63,084 nucleotides of DNA from Acidimicrobiaceae bacterium (GTDB lineage: Bacteria > Actinomycetota > Acidimicrobiia > Acidimicrobiales > Bog-793): NCBI GenBank assembly GCA_003140595.1, contig PLKG01000132.1, positions 271-63,354 on the forward strand, given 5' to 3'. Each line of letters starts with the position of its first letter. Positions within the stretch are counted from its first letter, which is position 1. Positions 9,359 to 18,686 of this stretch are shown one piece after another. The translations under genes were made by a program, and so were the position numbers. The notes under the pieces were generated by a model. That model was not told where the DNA came from and did not search any database. It saw only the letters and a program-made list of their open reading frames with translations.

Positions 9359-9793
9359 ATGAGCACGTATCGCACCACTGTCGCCTCCAGCTGGCCGGCA
9401 GCGGACGCCTTTGAATACATGGCGCGGTTCTCCAACGCAGCAAAGTGGGACCCGGGAGTCCTCGCCGGCGAGGACACCGAGCCCGGACCGCCGAGCAGCG
9501 GGAGCAGCTACCGGCTCGTGGTCGGGGTGCTCGGACGGCGCGTCCGTCTCGAGTACCGCATCGAGGAGATCGACCGGCCGAGGCGGGTTGTCCTGCAGGC
9601 GCAGAACGCGACGATCCGCTCTAGAGACGTGATCGAGGTGTCCCCGGAGCCGGGCGGCGGCTCGAGGGTGACCTATGAGGCGACACTCAAGGCAAGAGGG
9701 GTGGCCATCCTGCTGGCCCCGCTCGTCGGTGTGGCACTGCGCCGCATCGGCGACCGCGCTGCGGCTGGGCTGCGGACCGCATTGGCGGCCTGA
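9359..9793 (+). CDS. SRPBCC / polyketide cyclase family protein
   Basis: AFEYMARFSNAAKWDPGV; about 144 aa START-like pattern. Confidence 0.75.
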   Translation: MSTYRTTVASSWPAADAFEYMARFSNAAKWDPGVLAGEDTEPGPPSSGSSYRLVVGVLGRRVRLEYRIEEIDRPRRVVLQAQNATIRSRDVIEVSPEPGGGSRVTYEATLKARGVAILLAPLVGVALRRIGDRAAAGLRTALAA

Positions 9794-9799
9794 GCCGCG

Positions 9800-10843
9800 G
9801 TGCGCGCGTCCCGGTCACAACAGCGAAGTCCTATTGCACGCGCCGTCGACGCCCTAGCCGAGATGACGGTCGTGCCAAGCTTCAGCCGTGTGGGCATAGC
9901 TCTCCGCCGGCGCCTGGAGGTCTGGCGCGAACCGCCCCCGATGGACGGACAGGTCGTGGTGCTGACCGGCGGTACCTCGGGGATCGGGCTGGCGGCGGCG
10001 ACCGCGATGGCCCGCCTCGGCGCAACTGTGCATCTCGTGGGACGCGACCCTGAGCGGGCGAGACGGGCGCGCTCGGCGGTAGAGGCGGCCGGAGGGGCAA
10101 CGGTACACGTCGATCTTGTCGACCTTGCCGACTGCGATGCCGTGGTCGGCCTCGGACGAAGCCTCGCTGAGCGCTACGACCGCATCAACGCCCTCGTGCA
10201 CAATGCGGGATCGCTTTCTCGCGCTTACAAGGCGACGCCCGCCGGGGTGGAACTGACGGTCGCAACCCAGGTCCTCGGCCCGTACGTTCTCACGGCGACA
10301 CTCGCCCCGCTGTTGTGGAAGAGCTCGCCCGCGACCATCGTCACCGTCAGCTCGGGAGGGATGTACACCCAGCGGTTCGACCTCGAGCACCTGGAGATGG
10401 GGGCCGTCGACTACGACGGGGTTGTCGCCTACGCCCGGTGCAAGCGGGCAGAGGTCATACTCGCCGACGCCTGGGCACGGCGCTTCGGTGCTGCCGGCGT
10501 GGTCAGCTACGCCATGCACCCCGGCTGGGTGAACACGCCGGGCCTCAAGGCCGGGCTCCCGCGGTTCGAAGCCTTCTGGCGTCCTTTGCTGCGAAGTCCC
10601 GACCAAGGTGCGGACACCGTCGTGTGGCTCGCCAGCGGCGGGCCCGCGTCGAAGGCAGGCGCCCTCGGATTGGAGACGCCGTCTTCGGGGTTCTTCCATG
10701 ATCGTGCGCGCCGGCGCGACCACCGCTTCCCCGTCACCCGGCCGACAAGACCCGGCGACGGCGAGGCGTTGCTGGCCTGGTGCGCGGCCCGGACCGGGAT
10801 CGTGACTCCGGTGCCGGCGGGCGCTGCAGGCCAGCACGGCTGA
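9800..10843 (+). CDS. Short-chain dehydrogenase/reductase (DHRS12-like)
   Basis: TGGTSGIG, HNAG, VSSGGMY, YARCK, MHPGWVNTPG. Confidence 0.85.
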   Translation: MRASRSQQRSPIARAVDALAEMTVVPSFSRVGIALRRRLEVWREPPPMDGQVVVLTGGTSGIGLAAATAMARLGATVHLVGRDPERARRARSAVEAAGGATVHVDLVDLADCDAVVGLGRSLAERYDRINALVHNAGSLSRAYKATPAGVELTVATQVLGPYVLTATLAPLLWKSSPATIVTVSSGGMYTQRFDLEHLEMGAVDYDGVVAYARCKRAEVILADAWARRFGAAGVVSYAMHPGWVNTPGLKAGLPRFEAFWRPLLRSPDQGADTVVWLASGGPASKAGALGLETPSSGFFHDRARRRDHRFPVTRPTRPGDGEALLAWCAARTGIVTPVPAGAAGQHG

Positions 10844-10858
10844 GGCGGGCCTTCCTAC

Positions 10859-11314
10859 TTATTCGCGACACGCCGGACAGAGCCCGAGCAGGTCGAGCTG
10901 GTGCTCGGTGACCTCGTAGCCCTGTTCTTCGGCGACCGCCCGTGCCGCCTCGCCAAGGGCGCGTTCCAACTTCGGTGAGGGGTGGACGTCCTCCACCTTC
11001 CCGCATGTCGCGCAGACGATGTGGTGGTGGTGACTCGACAGCTCCTCGGCCAGCTCGAAGCGTCCGTGGTCGTCGGCGCCTGCGACCCTGCGGACGACCC
11101 CGAGGTCGATGAGTGCGGTCATGTTCCGATACGCGCTGCTCTGTGGCAGTTCAGGGGCTGAGGCGACGATCTCGGGAATTGTCAGCGGCCGCCCTGCGGC
11201 CGCCAACGTCTCGACGAGCACCCTGCGAAGGTGCGTGTAGCGCTGGTCCGCCCCGGCCAGCCGACGGGTGACGGCTTCATGGACGCTGCGCGAGATCCCA
11301 GCGGCCGAAGACAT
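10859..11314 (-). CDS. Fur-family regulator (Zur-like)
   Basis: SSAYRN HTH, HHHHIVCATCG, CPAC; last gene of the metal ABC operon. Confidence 0.85.
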   Translation of the reverse strand: MSSAAGISRSVHEAVTRRLAGADQRYTHLRRVLVETLAAAGRPLTIPEIVASAPELPQSSAYRNMTALIDLGVVRRVAGADDHGRFELAEELSSHHHHIVCATCGKVEDVHPSPKLERALGEAARAVAEEQGYEVTEHQLDLLGLCPACRE

Positions 11315-12189
11315 CAGATCTGCTCACCGCCAATTCCTGCGGTCGACGCGAGTTGCACGGGCCGAGCCGCCAGTCGCCCGGGCCGGCGCGCGCCCCTCGC
11401 ACCGGACCCGCGCCAGGCGACCCAACAACGCCCGGCGATGAAGAACACCGCACCGAGGACACCCACGAAGAACCCGACGGGCCAATCTGTCTCGTACGAC
11501 GCGGCAATGGCTATCCAGACGATGACGACCGAGATGACGACCGAAAGGCCGAGCGCGCTCCAGGGCCTGTCGGCGAACGATCGCGCCGCGCCGGGAGCAC
11601 CGACCATCAAGCTGAACATCAACAGGGCTCCTACGACAGGAACCGACATGGTCGTGACGAGCGCCACGACGACGAGGAAGCACATCTCCATCCGATGGAC
11701 CCGCGCTCCGCGCGCAACTGCCACCTCGGGGATCACCGAGGCCGAGAGGAGAGGGCGGTAGAGGACCACGACGGCGGCTATGCACACCACTGCGAGCACG
11801 GCGGTCGCCAGCACCTGGTTGGTGCTGACCCCGAGCACCTCTCCGAAGAGCAGGGCGTAGATCGCCGACGCGTACTCCTCGCTCCAGCTCAGAAACAACG
11901 CCCCGAGGCCCAGCATGAACACAAGCGCGAGGGCCGTCACCGCGTCGTGGCGGCCGCGCCTTGCCAAAAGACCTATGGCGACCGCACTTATGACCGCAAA
12001 TGTCCCGAGTCCCGCCAAGGTGCTCACCCCGATGAGAGAGGCGCCCGCGGCACCGGCGAAACCCGCCTGGGGCACTGCATGAGCCACGAATGCCGAGCCG
12101 CGAAGCACCGTGAAGAACCCGACGACGCCGGCAACGACGGCGACCATCGTGGCGACGATCCAGGCATTGGCCATGAACCCGGAGAACAT
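11314..12189 (-). CDS. Metal (Zn/Mn) ABC transporter permease
   Basis: MFSGFMANAW...GFFTVLRGSAFVAHA; hydrophobic; TGATG overlap places the start at 12189. Confidence 0.85.
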   Translation of the reverse strand: MFSGFMANAWIVATMVAVVAGVVGFFTVLRGSAFVAHAVPQAGFAGAAGASLIGVSTLAGLGTFAVISAVAIGLLARRGRHDAVTALALVFMLGLGALFLSWSEEYASAIYALLFGEVLGVSTNQVLATAVLAVVCIAAVVVLYRPLLSASVIPEVAVARGARVHRMEMCFLVVVALVTTMSVPVVGALLMFSLMVGAPGAARSFADRPWSALGLSVVISVVIVWIAIAASYETDWPVGFFVGVLGAVFFIAGRCWVAWRGSGARGARRPGRLAARPVQLASTAGIGGEQI

Positions 12190-13154
12190 CAGTCCACCCC
12201 GGCCACTGGCGACAACATCGGCTGGGCCCGACCGCCCACGCCTGCCGGGCCCTCGGCGCTCGAGACGACTCGTCCTCGATGTCTCGCCACGTTCCGGCTC
12301 ACGAGATCGGCCGCGACGTAGACGGCGAGGATCAGGGCCACCACGAAGAAGCTCACCGGCCAACCACGTCCGAGTGGCGGCCAGTAGTAGCTGTCGTAAG
12401 CGAGCAGGATGCCGAGCCAGGTGACCGCGAGCCCGATCACAGCCGCCCAGGCGATGGCGAGGCCGGGCCGGCGGGTCAGCCGTAGTGCCGCGGCGGCCGG
12501 GCCGATCAACACAGCAGTGCTGAGGATCGCTCCGATCGTCACGCAGGACAGCGACACTGCGACCGCCATCGCGAGCAGGTAGAGGAGGCCGACGGTGCGG
12601 ACCGGAACGCCCCGCGCAGAGGCGATGTCCCGACTCACGGCGCTCAACAAGAGCGGGCGGTAGAGCAAAGCGACGATGCCGAGGGCCAGGGCGCTCAGCA
12701 GCACGAAGACCGGGATCATCGAGGTACCGATGACGAACATGGAACCGAACAGGATCGTGATGGTCGCGCCGGTCGTGTTGCTGTGTGTTGTACCGAGGTA
12801 AAGGAACAGCGCCGCGATCCCAAGTCCTGCACCGAGCACGATGCCGGTCGCCGTGTCCCTTCCCCGGGGCCGGCGTGCCCCGAAGAGCTCCATGGCTCCG
12901 GCCCCGAGTACCGCGAAGGTGACGAAACCCCAAAGCGGGTTGGCACCGACGAGAAAGGCGCCCGAGCCACCGGCCGTGCCCAGGTCTCCCATGGAATGGC
13001 CGGCGAAGGACTGGCCGCGGATGACCGTGAACACGCCGACGACCGCCGACACGAGAGACACCGCACCGCCCACGACGAGCGCGACGCGGACCGGCTCGCT
13101 CGTGAAGAAGCCGGGTTCGAAGATGGCGTTCACGAACGCGATCACCGCGATCAC
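12189..13154 (-). CDS. Metal (Zn/Mn) ABC transporter permease
   Basis: GVFTVIRGQSFAGHS, LFGS, GAIL; ABC-3 family pattern. Confidence 0.85.
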   Translation of the reverse strand: MIAVIAFVNAIFEPGFFTSEPVRVALVVGGAVSLVSAVVGVFTVIRGQSFAGHSMGDLGTAGGSGAFLVGANPLWGFVTFAVLGAGAMELFGARRPRGRDTATGIVLGAGLGIAALFLYLGTTHSNTTGATITILFGSMFVIGTSMIPVFVLLSALALGIVALLYRPLLLSAVSRDIASARGVPVRTVGLLYLLAMAVAVSLSCVTIGAILSTAVLIGPAAAALRLTRRPGLAIAWAAVIGLAVTWLGILLAYDSYYWPPLGRGWPVSFFVVALILAVYVAADLVSRNVARHRGRVVSSAEGPAGVGGRAQPMLSPVAGVD

Positions 13155-14002
13155 CCGAGCCCGCGGGGCACGGCGGTGTGCTCGCTCTCGGGACCTGTGT
13201 GATGGACCTCGTCCTTGCCCGCGACAACCAGGATGCGACCGTTCACGTGCAGCACGTCGACGTGATGGCCGTACAGAGCGCTCAGCACGTCCTCTCGGAC
13301 GACCTCTTCGGTCGATCCGCTCGCGGCGCGACCAGACGCGACGTAGACGACGCGGTCCATCACCGGCAGCAGGGGGTTCATCTCGTGCGCGGATATGAGG
13401 ACCGCTATCGCCCGTGCCTTGGCGATGCTCGCGAGGAGCCCCACCACTTCCTGCTCGCTGGTGATGTCGAGGTTCGCGAGCGGTTCGTCCAAGAGCAGCA
13501 GTCGGGGCTCGGCGATCAACGCGTGCGCGATCAGTGTCCGCTGGAGCTCGCCTCCCGAGAGCTTGCCGACCCGGGTGTCGGCAAAGCCTTGGGCGTCAAC
13601 AGCTTGCAGCATCTCGTCGACCCGTTGCCGACGGCCACGGGAGGGCAGCGGGATGCCGTACCGGTCGCCGTCGAGTCCGAGAGCCACCAGGTCCCGTGCA
13701 CGCAAGGGCACGTCGGGATCGAGCCCGATGCTCTGTGGGACATAGCCGATGGACCGGTTGCGACGCGGACGCGCCTCGCCCGAGAAGAGCACCTTGCCCG
13801 CGGTTGGTGTCTCGAGCCCGAGGATCACCTTGAATATCGTCGTCTTTCCTGCGCCGTTCGATCCGATGAGACCGGTGAGCTCGCCTGAATGAAGGCTGAA
13901 CGAGACCTCGTGGAGTATCTCCCGGCCCGACAGCCAGAGCGACACGCCCTCGAGCGAGAGGATCTCCTCGCGACCCGCGCCGGGCCGGGCGGTCTCGTTC
14001 AC
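13151..14002 (-). CDS. Metal ABC transporter ATP-binding protein
   Basis: GSNGAGKT, LSGGE, LLLLDEP; GTGA overlap with the binding-protein stop. Confidence 0.9.
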   Translation of the reverse strand: MNETARPGAGREEILSLEGVSLWLSGREILHEVSFSLHSGELTGLIGSNGAGKTTIFKVILGLETPTAGKVLFSGEARPRRNRSIGYVPQSIGLDPDVPLRARDLVALGLDGDRYGIPLPSRGRRQRVDEMLQAVDAQGFADTRVGKLSGGELQRTLIAHALIAEPRLLLLDEPLANLDITSEQEVVGLLASIAKARAIAVLISAHEMNPLLPVMDRVVYVASGRAASGSTEEVVREDVLSALYGHHVDVLHVNGRILVVAGKDEVHHTGPESEHTAVPRGLG

Positions 14003-14937
14003 AGCTGTTCTGTCGAGATCTTGTCGGCGACGGCCCGCTCGAGCGCACGAACCTCGGCCAGCATCCAGGTCTGGTAGTCGTAACCGGGAGTGGGCATCGT
14101 TTCGTAGACGCCGACGACCGGTATCCCGTTCTGTTTGGCAAGCGACCGGAAGGCCTGTGTGATCGAGTCGCTCACCTGCTCGTTGTACACGAAGACCTTG
14201 ACCTTGTGCCCTGTCAGGAGGCCGTCTTGAAGGGTGATGTCCTCCGGCGCAGGGTCCACACCGTTCATGACGTCGGCCTGCAACGCGAAGGGGGACTCGT
14301 CGAGGGTTCCCGCGGCCGCCAGCATGTAGTCGGCGACCGGCTCGCTGGTGGCCACAGGAGTGCGCGGATAGCTGGACTTGAAGCTCGCCAAGGCCTTGAG
14401 CCAGGGAGTGAGGGAACGGTCGAACTTCACCAGGTTGGCCCGGAAATAACCGGCATGGGCGGGGTCGATGCTTGACAGGTCCGCGGTGATCGCCCTCGCC
14501 ACCGCCGGCATCGTGTCCGGGTCGTACCAAAGATGCGGGTTCGGGGTGCTGTCGGGCAGCCCGAGCGTCTTCTGGACGTCGATGACCTTTCGCCCGGGGT
14601 TCGGTGACGCGGCCTCGATGGTGCTCATGAAGGTGTCGTAGCCGAGGCCGTTCTGAACGACCAGCCGGGCGGCACTGACCTCGCCGGCCACAGACGGGCT
14701 CGCCTCGAACGAGTGGGGATCAGCGTTCGGATTGCTCAAGATCGCGCTCACACTGACGTACTTGCCGCCGATCTGGCCGATGACGTTCGCGTACTGGCTC
14801 TCGGCTCCGACTGCCGGGACGACACCGGTCTTCGCGACAGCGGCCACGCCCGAGCAGGCCGACGAGCCCGACGCCACCGCCAGGCAGAGCACAACGGCCT
14901 TCGCCCGGTTGCGACCTCTCAGGAGCCGAAGAGTCAT
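13999..14937 (-). CDS. Zn/Mn ABC substrate-binding lipoprotein
   Basis: SAC lipobox-like site, DPHSFE, NGLGYD, NPHLW. Confidence 0.9.
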   Translation of the reverse strand: MTLRLLRGRNRAKAVVLCLAVASGSSACSGVAAVAKTGVVPAVGAESQYANVIGQIGGKYVSVSAILSNPNADPHSFEASPSVAGEVSAARLVVQNGLGYDTFMSTIEAASPNPGRKVIDVQKTLGLPDSTPNPHLWYDPDTMPAVARAITADLSSIDPAHAGYFRANLVKFDRSLTPWLKALASFKSSYPRTPVATSEPVADYMLAAAGTLDESPFALQADVMNGVDPAPEDITLQDGLLTGHKVKVFVYNEQVSDSITQAFRSLAKQNGIPVVGVYETMPTPGYDYQTWMLAEVRALERAVADKISTEQL

Positions 14938-14989
14938 TCCTTCACATCACCTCGTGTGACAGGGCGCACTTCTCTGGCCGGCACAAACG

Positions 14990-15010
14990 GAATGATAATC
15001 ACTCTCATTC
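14990..15010. promoter_or_regulatory. Fur/Zur box GAATGATAATCACTCTCATTC
   Basis: Inverted repeat GAATGA-N9-TCATTC with an AATGATAATCA core, about 50 bp upstream of the ABC operon. Confidence 0.75.
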
Positions 15011-15125
15011 TGGTCGGTCAACCGAGCCTTCGACTGTTTCAGGCAGGCGAGGGTGCCCGCGAGGTCTCTTCCCGCTCAGCTGCAACGAATTCGACATCTG
15101 GATAAGGGACCTTCGGCACTATGGC

Positions 15126-15276
15126 GCGACCTGCGAGCGTCTTAGCGTGAGTGATGGTCCTGGGCGTGCCGGATGACCGGGGACACTCCCTCACCGGTGT
15201 CCCTGTGACGCCCGGTGCGCCAGGACCGTCGTGTCCTGCTTGTTTCTCAAGGCCTCGAGGCGCTAGCTGGAGTCGC
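15126..15276 (+). ncRNA. Candidate structured ncRNA (long hairpin with internal bubble, 6S-like shape)
   Basis: 15153-15186 pairs with 15197-15230 and 15126-15151 with 15246-15276; mismatches read as G-U only on the + strand. Confidence 0.4.
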
Positions 15277-15283
15277 TGCGGTC

Positions 15284-17185
15284 CTACGAGCCCATCGCGG
15301 GTCGTCCACGGCGGAACCTGCGGTGCCGCCCGTACACGCCACTGTTGGCCGGCCCGATGCCGGCGAGCCGGTGCGCGTGGGTGAAGCCCTGAGCCCTCCC
15401 CAAGAGCCCGACGGTGGTGTTGACCAACGAAACATGTGAAAAGGCCTGGGGAAAGTTGCCCACGAGTCTTCCTGCGACCGGGTCGTACTCCTCTGCAAGC
15501 AGGCCTAGATCGGTGCGCAGCGACAACAGCCGCTCGAACAGCTCCACGGCGTCGCGGCGACGACCGATGAGGTGCAGGTCGTCGACCAACCAGAACGAAC
15601 AGGCGAGGAACGCCCCCTCGCGTCCGGTGAGGCCGTCGATGTGCTCGGAGCTCACCGAGTCGTACCTGCTCACGAAACCATCCACCGTCAGCTCACGCTC
15701 GATGGCCTCGACGGTCCCGACCACTCGACGGTCCTTCGGTGGGAGGAACCCCACGATCGGGATCATGAGCACGCTGGCATCGAGCTCTTTCGAGCCGTAG
15801 TACTGCGTGAAGGTGTTGCGCTCGGCGTCGAATCCCTTCTCGCAGACCTCTCTGTGGATCTGCGAACGCAATGACTTCCACTTGTCGAGGGGACCTTCGA
15901 GGCCGAAGTCCTCCACGTCGCGGATCGCCCTGTCGACGGCCACCCACGCCTCCACCTTCGAGTGCGTGAAGTGACGGCGCGGCCCGCGCACCTCCCAGAT
16001 GCCGTCGTCAGGCAGGGCCCAGCCTGTCTCGATGAAGTCCATGAGCGCGAGCTCGAGGTCCCAAGCCGGTCCTGCGGGCTCGAGACCGGTGCGCCGTGCC
16101 TCGTGCAGCGCGCCGAGGACTTCGCCGTAGACGTCGAGCTGGTACTGGTCCGAGGCCGCATTTCCGATGCGGACCGGACTGGAGCCTTCGTAGCCGGGAA
16201 GCCAGTCGAGGACCTCCTCCTTCAGGTTCTTCTCCCCGGCGACCCCGTACATGATCTGGAGCCTCGACGGGTCGCCCGCAGCCGCGCGCAACAGCCAGTC
16301 GCGCCACGCAGCCGCCTCGTCGCGGTAGCCCGCCGCCATGAGCGCACAAAGCGTGAGCGTCGCGTCGCGCAGCCAGCAGTAGCGGTAGTCCCAGTTCCGC
16401 ACGCCACCCAGTGACTCCGGTAGCGAAGTCGTCGGCGCTGCGAGGATGCCCCCCGTCGGCTCGTAGGTGAGCGCTTTCAAGGTGATGAGAGAACGCACGA
16501 CGGCGTCGCGCCACACATGCGGCTCGAAGTTGGCAAGATCCGCCCATTCCTGCCACCAGCGCTTGGTCTCCTCGATCGCGTACTGGGCCGCGACCGGGCG
16601 CGCCACTTCGCCGTGCGAAGGGAAGTACGTGAGAACGAAAGGAACCTGCTGACCCTCGCGCAGGCGGAACTCGGAGACCGTGCGCATATTCTCGCCATGG
16701 GTGTCAGCTGTGGTCCACAGCGCCAGCCCGTCCGGACCCGCTATGGCGACGAGCTGGCCGTCTATGCGGCGCACCCACGGCACGAGCGAGCCGTAATCGA
16801 AACGGATCTCCAGATCCATGCGCATCTCGACGACACCGCTGAAACACTCGACGAGACGGACGATGCAAGGGCTGTCCTGCCTGAGCGGCATGCAGTCGGT
16901 GATGCGGACGCTTCCCTCGTCAAGGTCGAACTCACTCTCGAGAACCAGGGTGTCCCCGAGATAACTGCGGCGCGTCGCCCGCAGTGGCTCACCGTGGCCG
17001 GGACGCGGACTCGCGGCAGGGGCTATCCGCCAGAACCCGTGGTCGCTGTTTCCGAGCAGCTGGGCAAAGCATGCCGCCGAGTCGAAACGCGGCAGGCACA
17101 GCCAGTCGATCGAACCGTCGCGCCCGACCAGCGCGGCTGTATGGGTGTCGCCGATCAGTCCGTAATCCTCGATCGGAAGCGTCAC
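15284..17185 (-). CDS. Glycoside hydrolase family 15 (trehalase/glucoamylase-like)
   Basis: PIEDYGLIGD, TTSLPE, RNWDYRYCWLRDA, GIWEVRG, GNFPQAFSH. Start could extend to 17248. Confidence 0.9.
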   Translation of the reverse strand: MTLPIEDYGLIGDTHTAALVGRDGSIDWLCLPRFDSAACFAQLLGNSDHGFWRIAPAASPRPGHGEPLRATRRSYLGDTLVLESEFDLDEGSVRITDCMPLRQDSPCIVRLVECFSGVVEMRMDLEIRFDYGSLVPWVRRIDGQLVAIAGPDGLALWTTADTHGENMRTVSEFRLREGQQVPFVLTYFPSHGEVARPVAAQYAIEETKRWWQEWADLANFEPHVWRDAVVRSLITLKALTYEPTGGILAAPTTSLPESLGGVRNWDYRYCWLRDATLTLCALMAAGYRDEAAAWRDWLLRAAAGDPSRLQIMYGVAGEKNLKEEVLDWLPGYEGSSPVRIGNAASDQYQLDVYGEVLGALHEARRTGLEPAGPAWDLELALMDFIETGWALPDDGIWEVRGPRRHFTHSKVEAWVAVDRAIRDVEDFGLEGPLDKWKSLRSQIHREVCEKGFDAERNTFTQYYGSKELDASVLMIPIVGFLPPKDRRVVGTVEAIERELTVDGFVSRYDSVSSEHIDGLTGREGAFLACSFWLVDDLHLIGRRRDAVELFERLLSLRTDLGLLAEEYDPVAGRLVGNFPQAFSHVSLVNTTVGLLGRAQGFTHAHRLAGIGPANSGVYGRHRRFRRGRPAMGS

Positions 17186-17234
17186 CGCGCCATCATTGCC
17201 GACTCGTGCGAGCCTTTCTCGGCGCCGGGTCGCG

Positions 17235-18410
17235 TCACTTCGCGACACACGCGCCGGTGCCGACGACCGTCGAAGCGGGCAACGACTCCACCTTTCGCAC
17301 GCGCTGGAGGACTCCCGGCGATGCGAGCGCGTAACCGATGTCGGGGCTGGTCGGGGACCTCGAGAAGACGACCCCGATCACGACACCGTCCGGCTCGATG
17401 AGTGGGCCGCCGGAGTTCCCCGGCCGGACCAGGGCCTGGACCACGTACACCTCGCGCACGGACTGGTTCTCGCCGTATATGTCGAGGCCGGTCGCCAATA
17501 GCTGCGAGCGCACGCCCGCACGGTCGGCCGTGAGAGGACCCCCTTCTGGATATCCGAGCACGACGGCTTTGGTGGCGCGCCCCACCGTGTTCGGGTCGAT
17601 GGTGAGCGCCGGCTCCGGCAGTCCCTCCACGCGCAGGATGGCAAGGTCGAATTCGGGATCGAAGAGCTCGACCACCGCGGCGTGGTATCCGATCGGGTCC
17701 TCGACTCTGATCGATCGCGTGCCCGCGACGACGTGAGCGTTTGTGACCACCAGACCCGGCGCCACGACGAAGCCGGAGCCCTCCTGGACCTCGCCGCAAC
17801 CGACTGCGACGACCTTCATCGTTGAAGGAGCGGCCCTTGAGTACCCGGCTCGCACCTCGGCCGTAGAGGGATAGGGGACCGGCCCGGCGAGCTGGATGAA
17901 ACCGTCGGCCACCAGTTGCAGGCCCTCGTCACTCAAGAACCGCTCCACGGGCGCGAGCGCGGTCGGTATCGGCGGCATGACGTCGGTCACGACCCTTACG
18001 ATGCCCGAGTCGTCGATCTGGTTGGCCACGAGCGAGAACTGGCTGTTCACGAGAATCGAGGCCAACAGCCACACGACGACGAGAGCACCACCGGTAGCTG
18101 CAATGGCGCCGCCCGCGGCGTCAACTCCGCCGAACCGGGCCTGTCGCATCTGGCGCCACAGTCCCGCGCCGAACTGGCGTCCTGCAGTGGCGAACACCGC
18201 TGCAGGGACAAGGAGCAGAAGCAGTGCCACGACAGTCTTCGCGTGCTGCCCCGTCACGTGAGGACAGATGAGCAGGACCGCTACGACGCCGAGGGCCAGT
18301 CCGCCGAGGGCCCCGCCATAGGACAGGATCTGGACGGCCGCCCCCCGCCGGAACCCGCGGAAGGCCGACGCCAAGATGACGACGATGAGTATCAGATCGA
18401 GAGCGTCCAT
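17235..18410 (-). CDS. marP: MarP-family membrane serine protease (CvpA + trypsin)
   Basis: Four N-terminal TM segments; GSGF, TNAHVV, GNSGGPL. Confidence 0.85.
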   Translation of the reverse strand: MDALDLILIVVILASAFRGFRRGAAVQILSYGGALGGLALGVVAVLLICPHVTGQHAKTVVALLLLLVPAAVFATAGRQFGAGLWRQMRQARFGGVDAAGGAIAATGGALVVVWLLASILVNSQFSLVANQIDDSGIVRVVTDVMPPIPTALAPVERFLSDEGLQLVADGFIQLAGPVPYPSTAEVRAGYSRAAPSTMKVVAVGCGEVQEGSGFVVAPGLVVTNAHVVAGTRSIRVEDPIGYHAAVVELFDPEFDLAILRVEGLPEPALTIDPNTVGRATKAVVLGYPEGGPLTADRAGVRSQLLATGLDIYGENQSVREVYVVQALVRPGNSGGPLIEPDGVVIGVVFSRSPTSPDIGYALASPGVLQRVRKVESLPASTVVGTGACVAK

Positions 18411-18686
18411 GTCCGAGCCGGGTCAGATCCCGCCGCAGCTCAACGGGACTGGGCGCGGGCACCGCGTTCGTCGCGGCAACCTGGAGAACCGCCCTCGTCG
18501 GGGGCTCCAGACACTTTCCGGTCCATAGTGTTGGGCTGAGTGTAGGCGCGGGACCCTCCCGGGCGGACGCGTCCCTCGGTCGACTCCACCACTCCGGAGC
18601 CCGCGGGCAGGCTCCCCGGCCGGTACGAAAGTGCAGTCAGTGGCACCGGTTGCACGCCCGCCGGTTACCTGCGCCAAATTGGGACC

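Noticed and set aside
11314-13227. 637-aa permease ORF, and similar extended ORFs 13151-14530, 18650-20116, 27361-29043, 30469-32865
   Set aside because: The N-terminal extensions overlap real genes in other frames; true starts were placed downstream.
18411-18686. Mn (yybP-ykoY) riboswitch or SRP RNA before VIT1
   Set aside because: Consensus elements not found.
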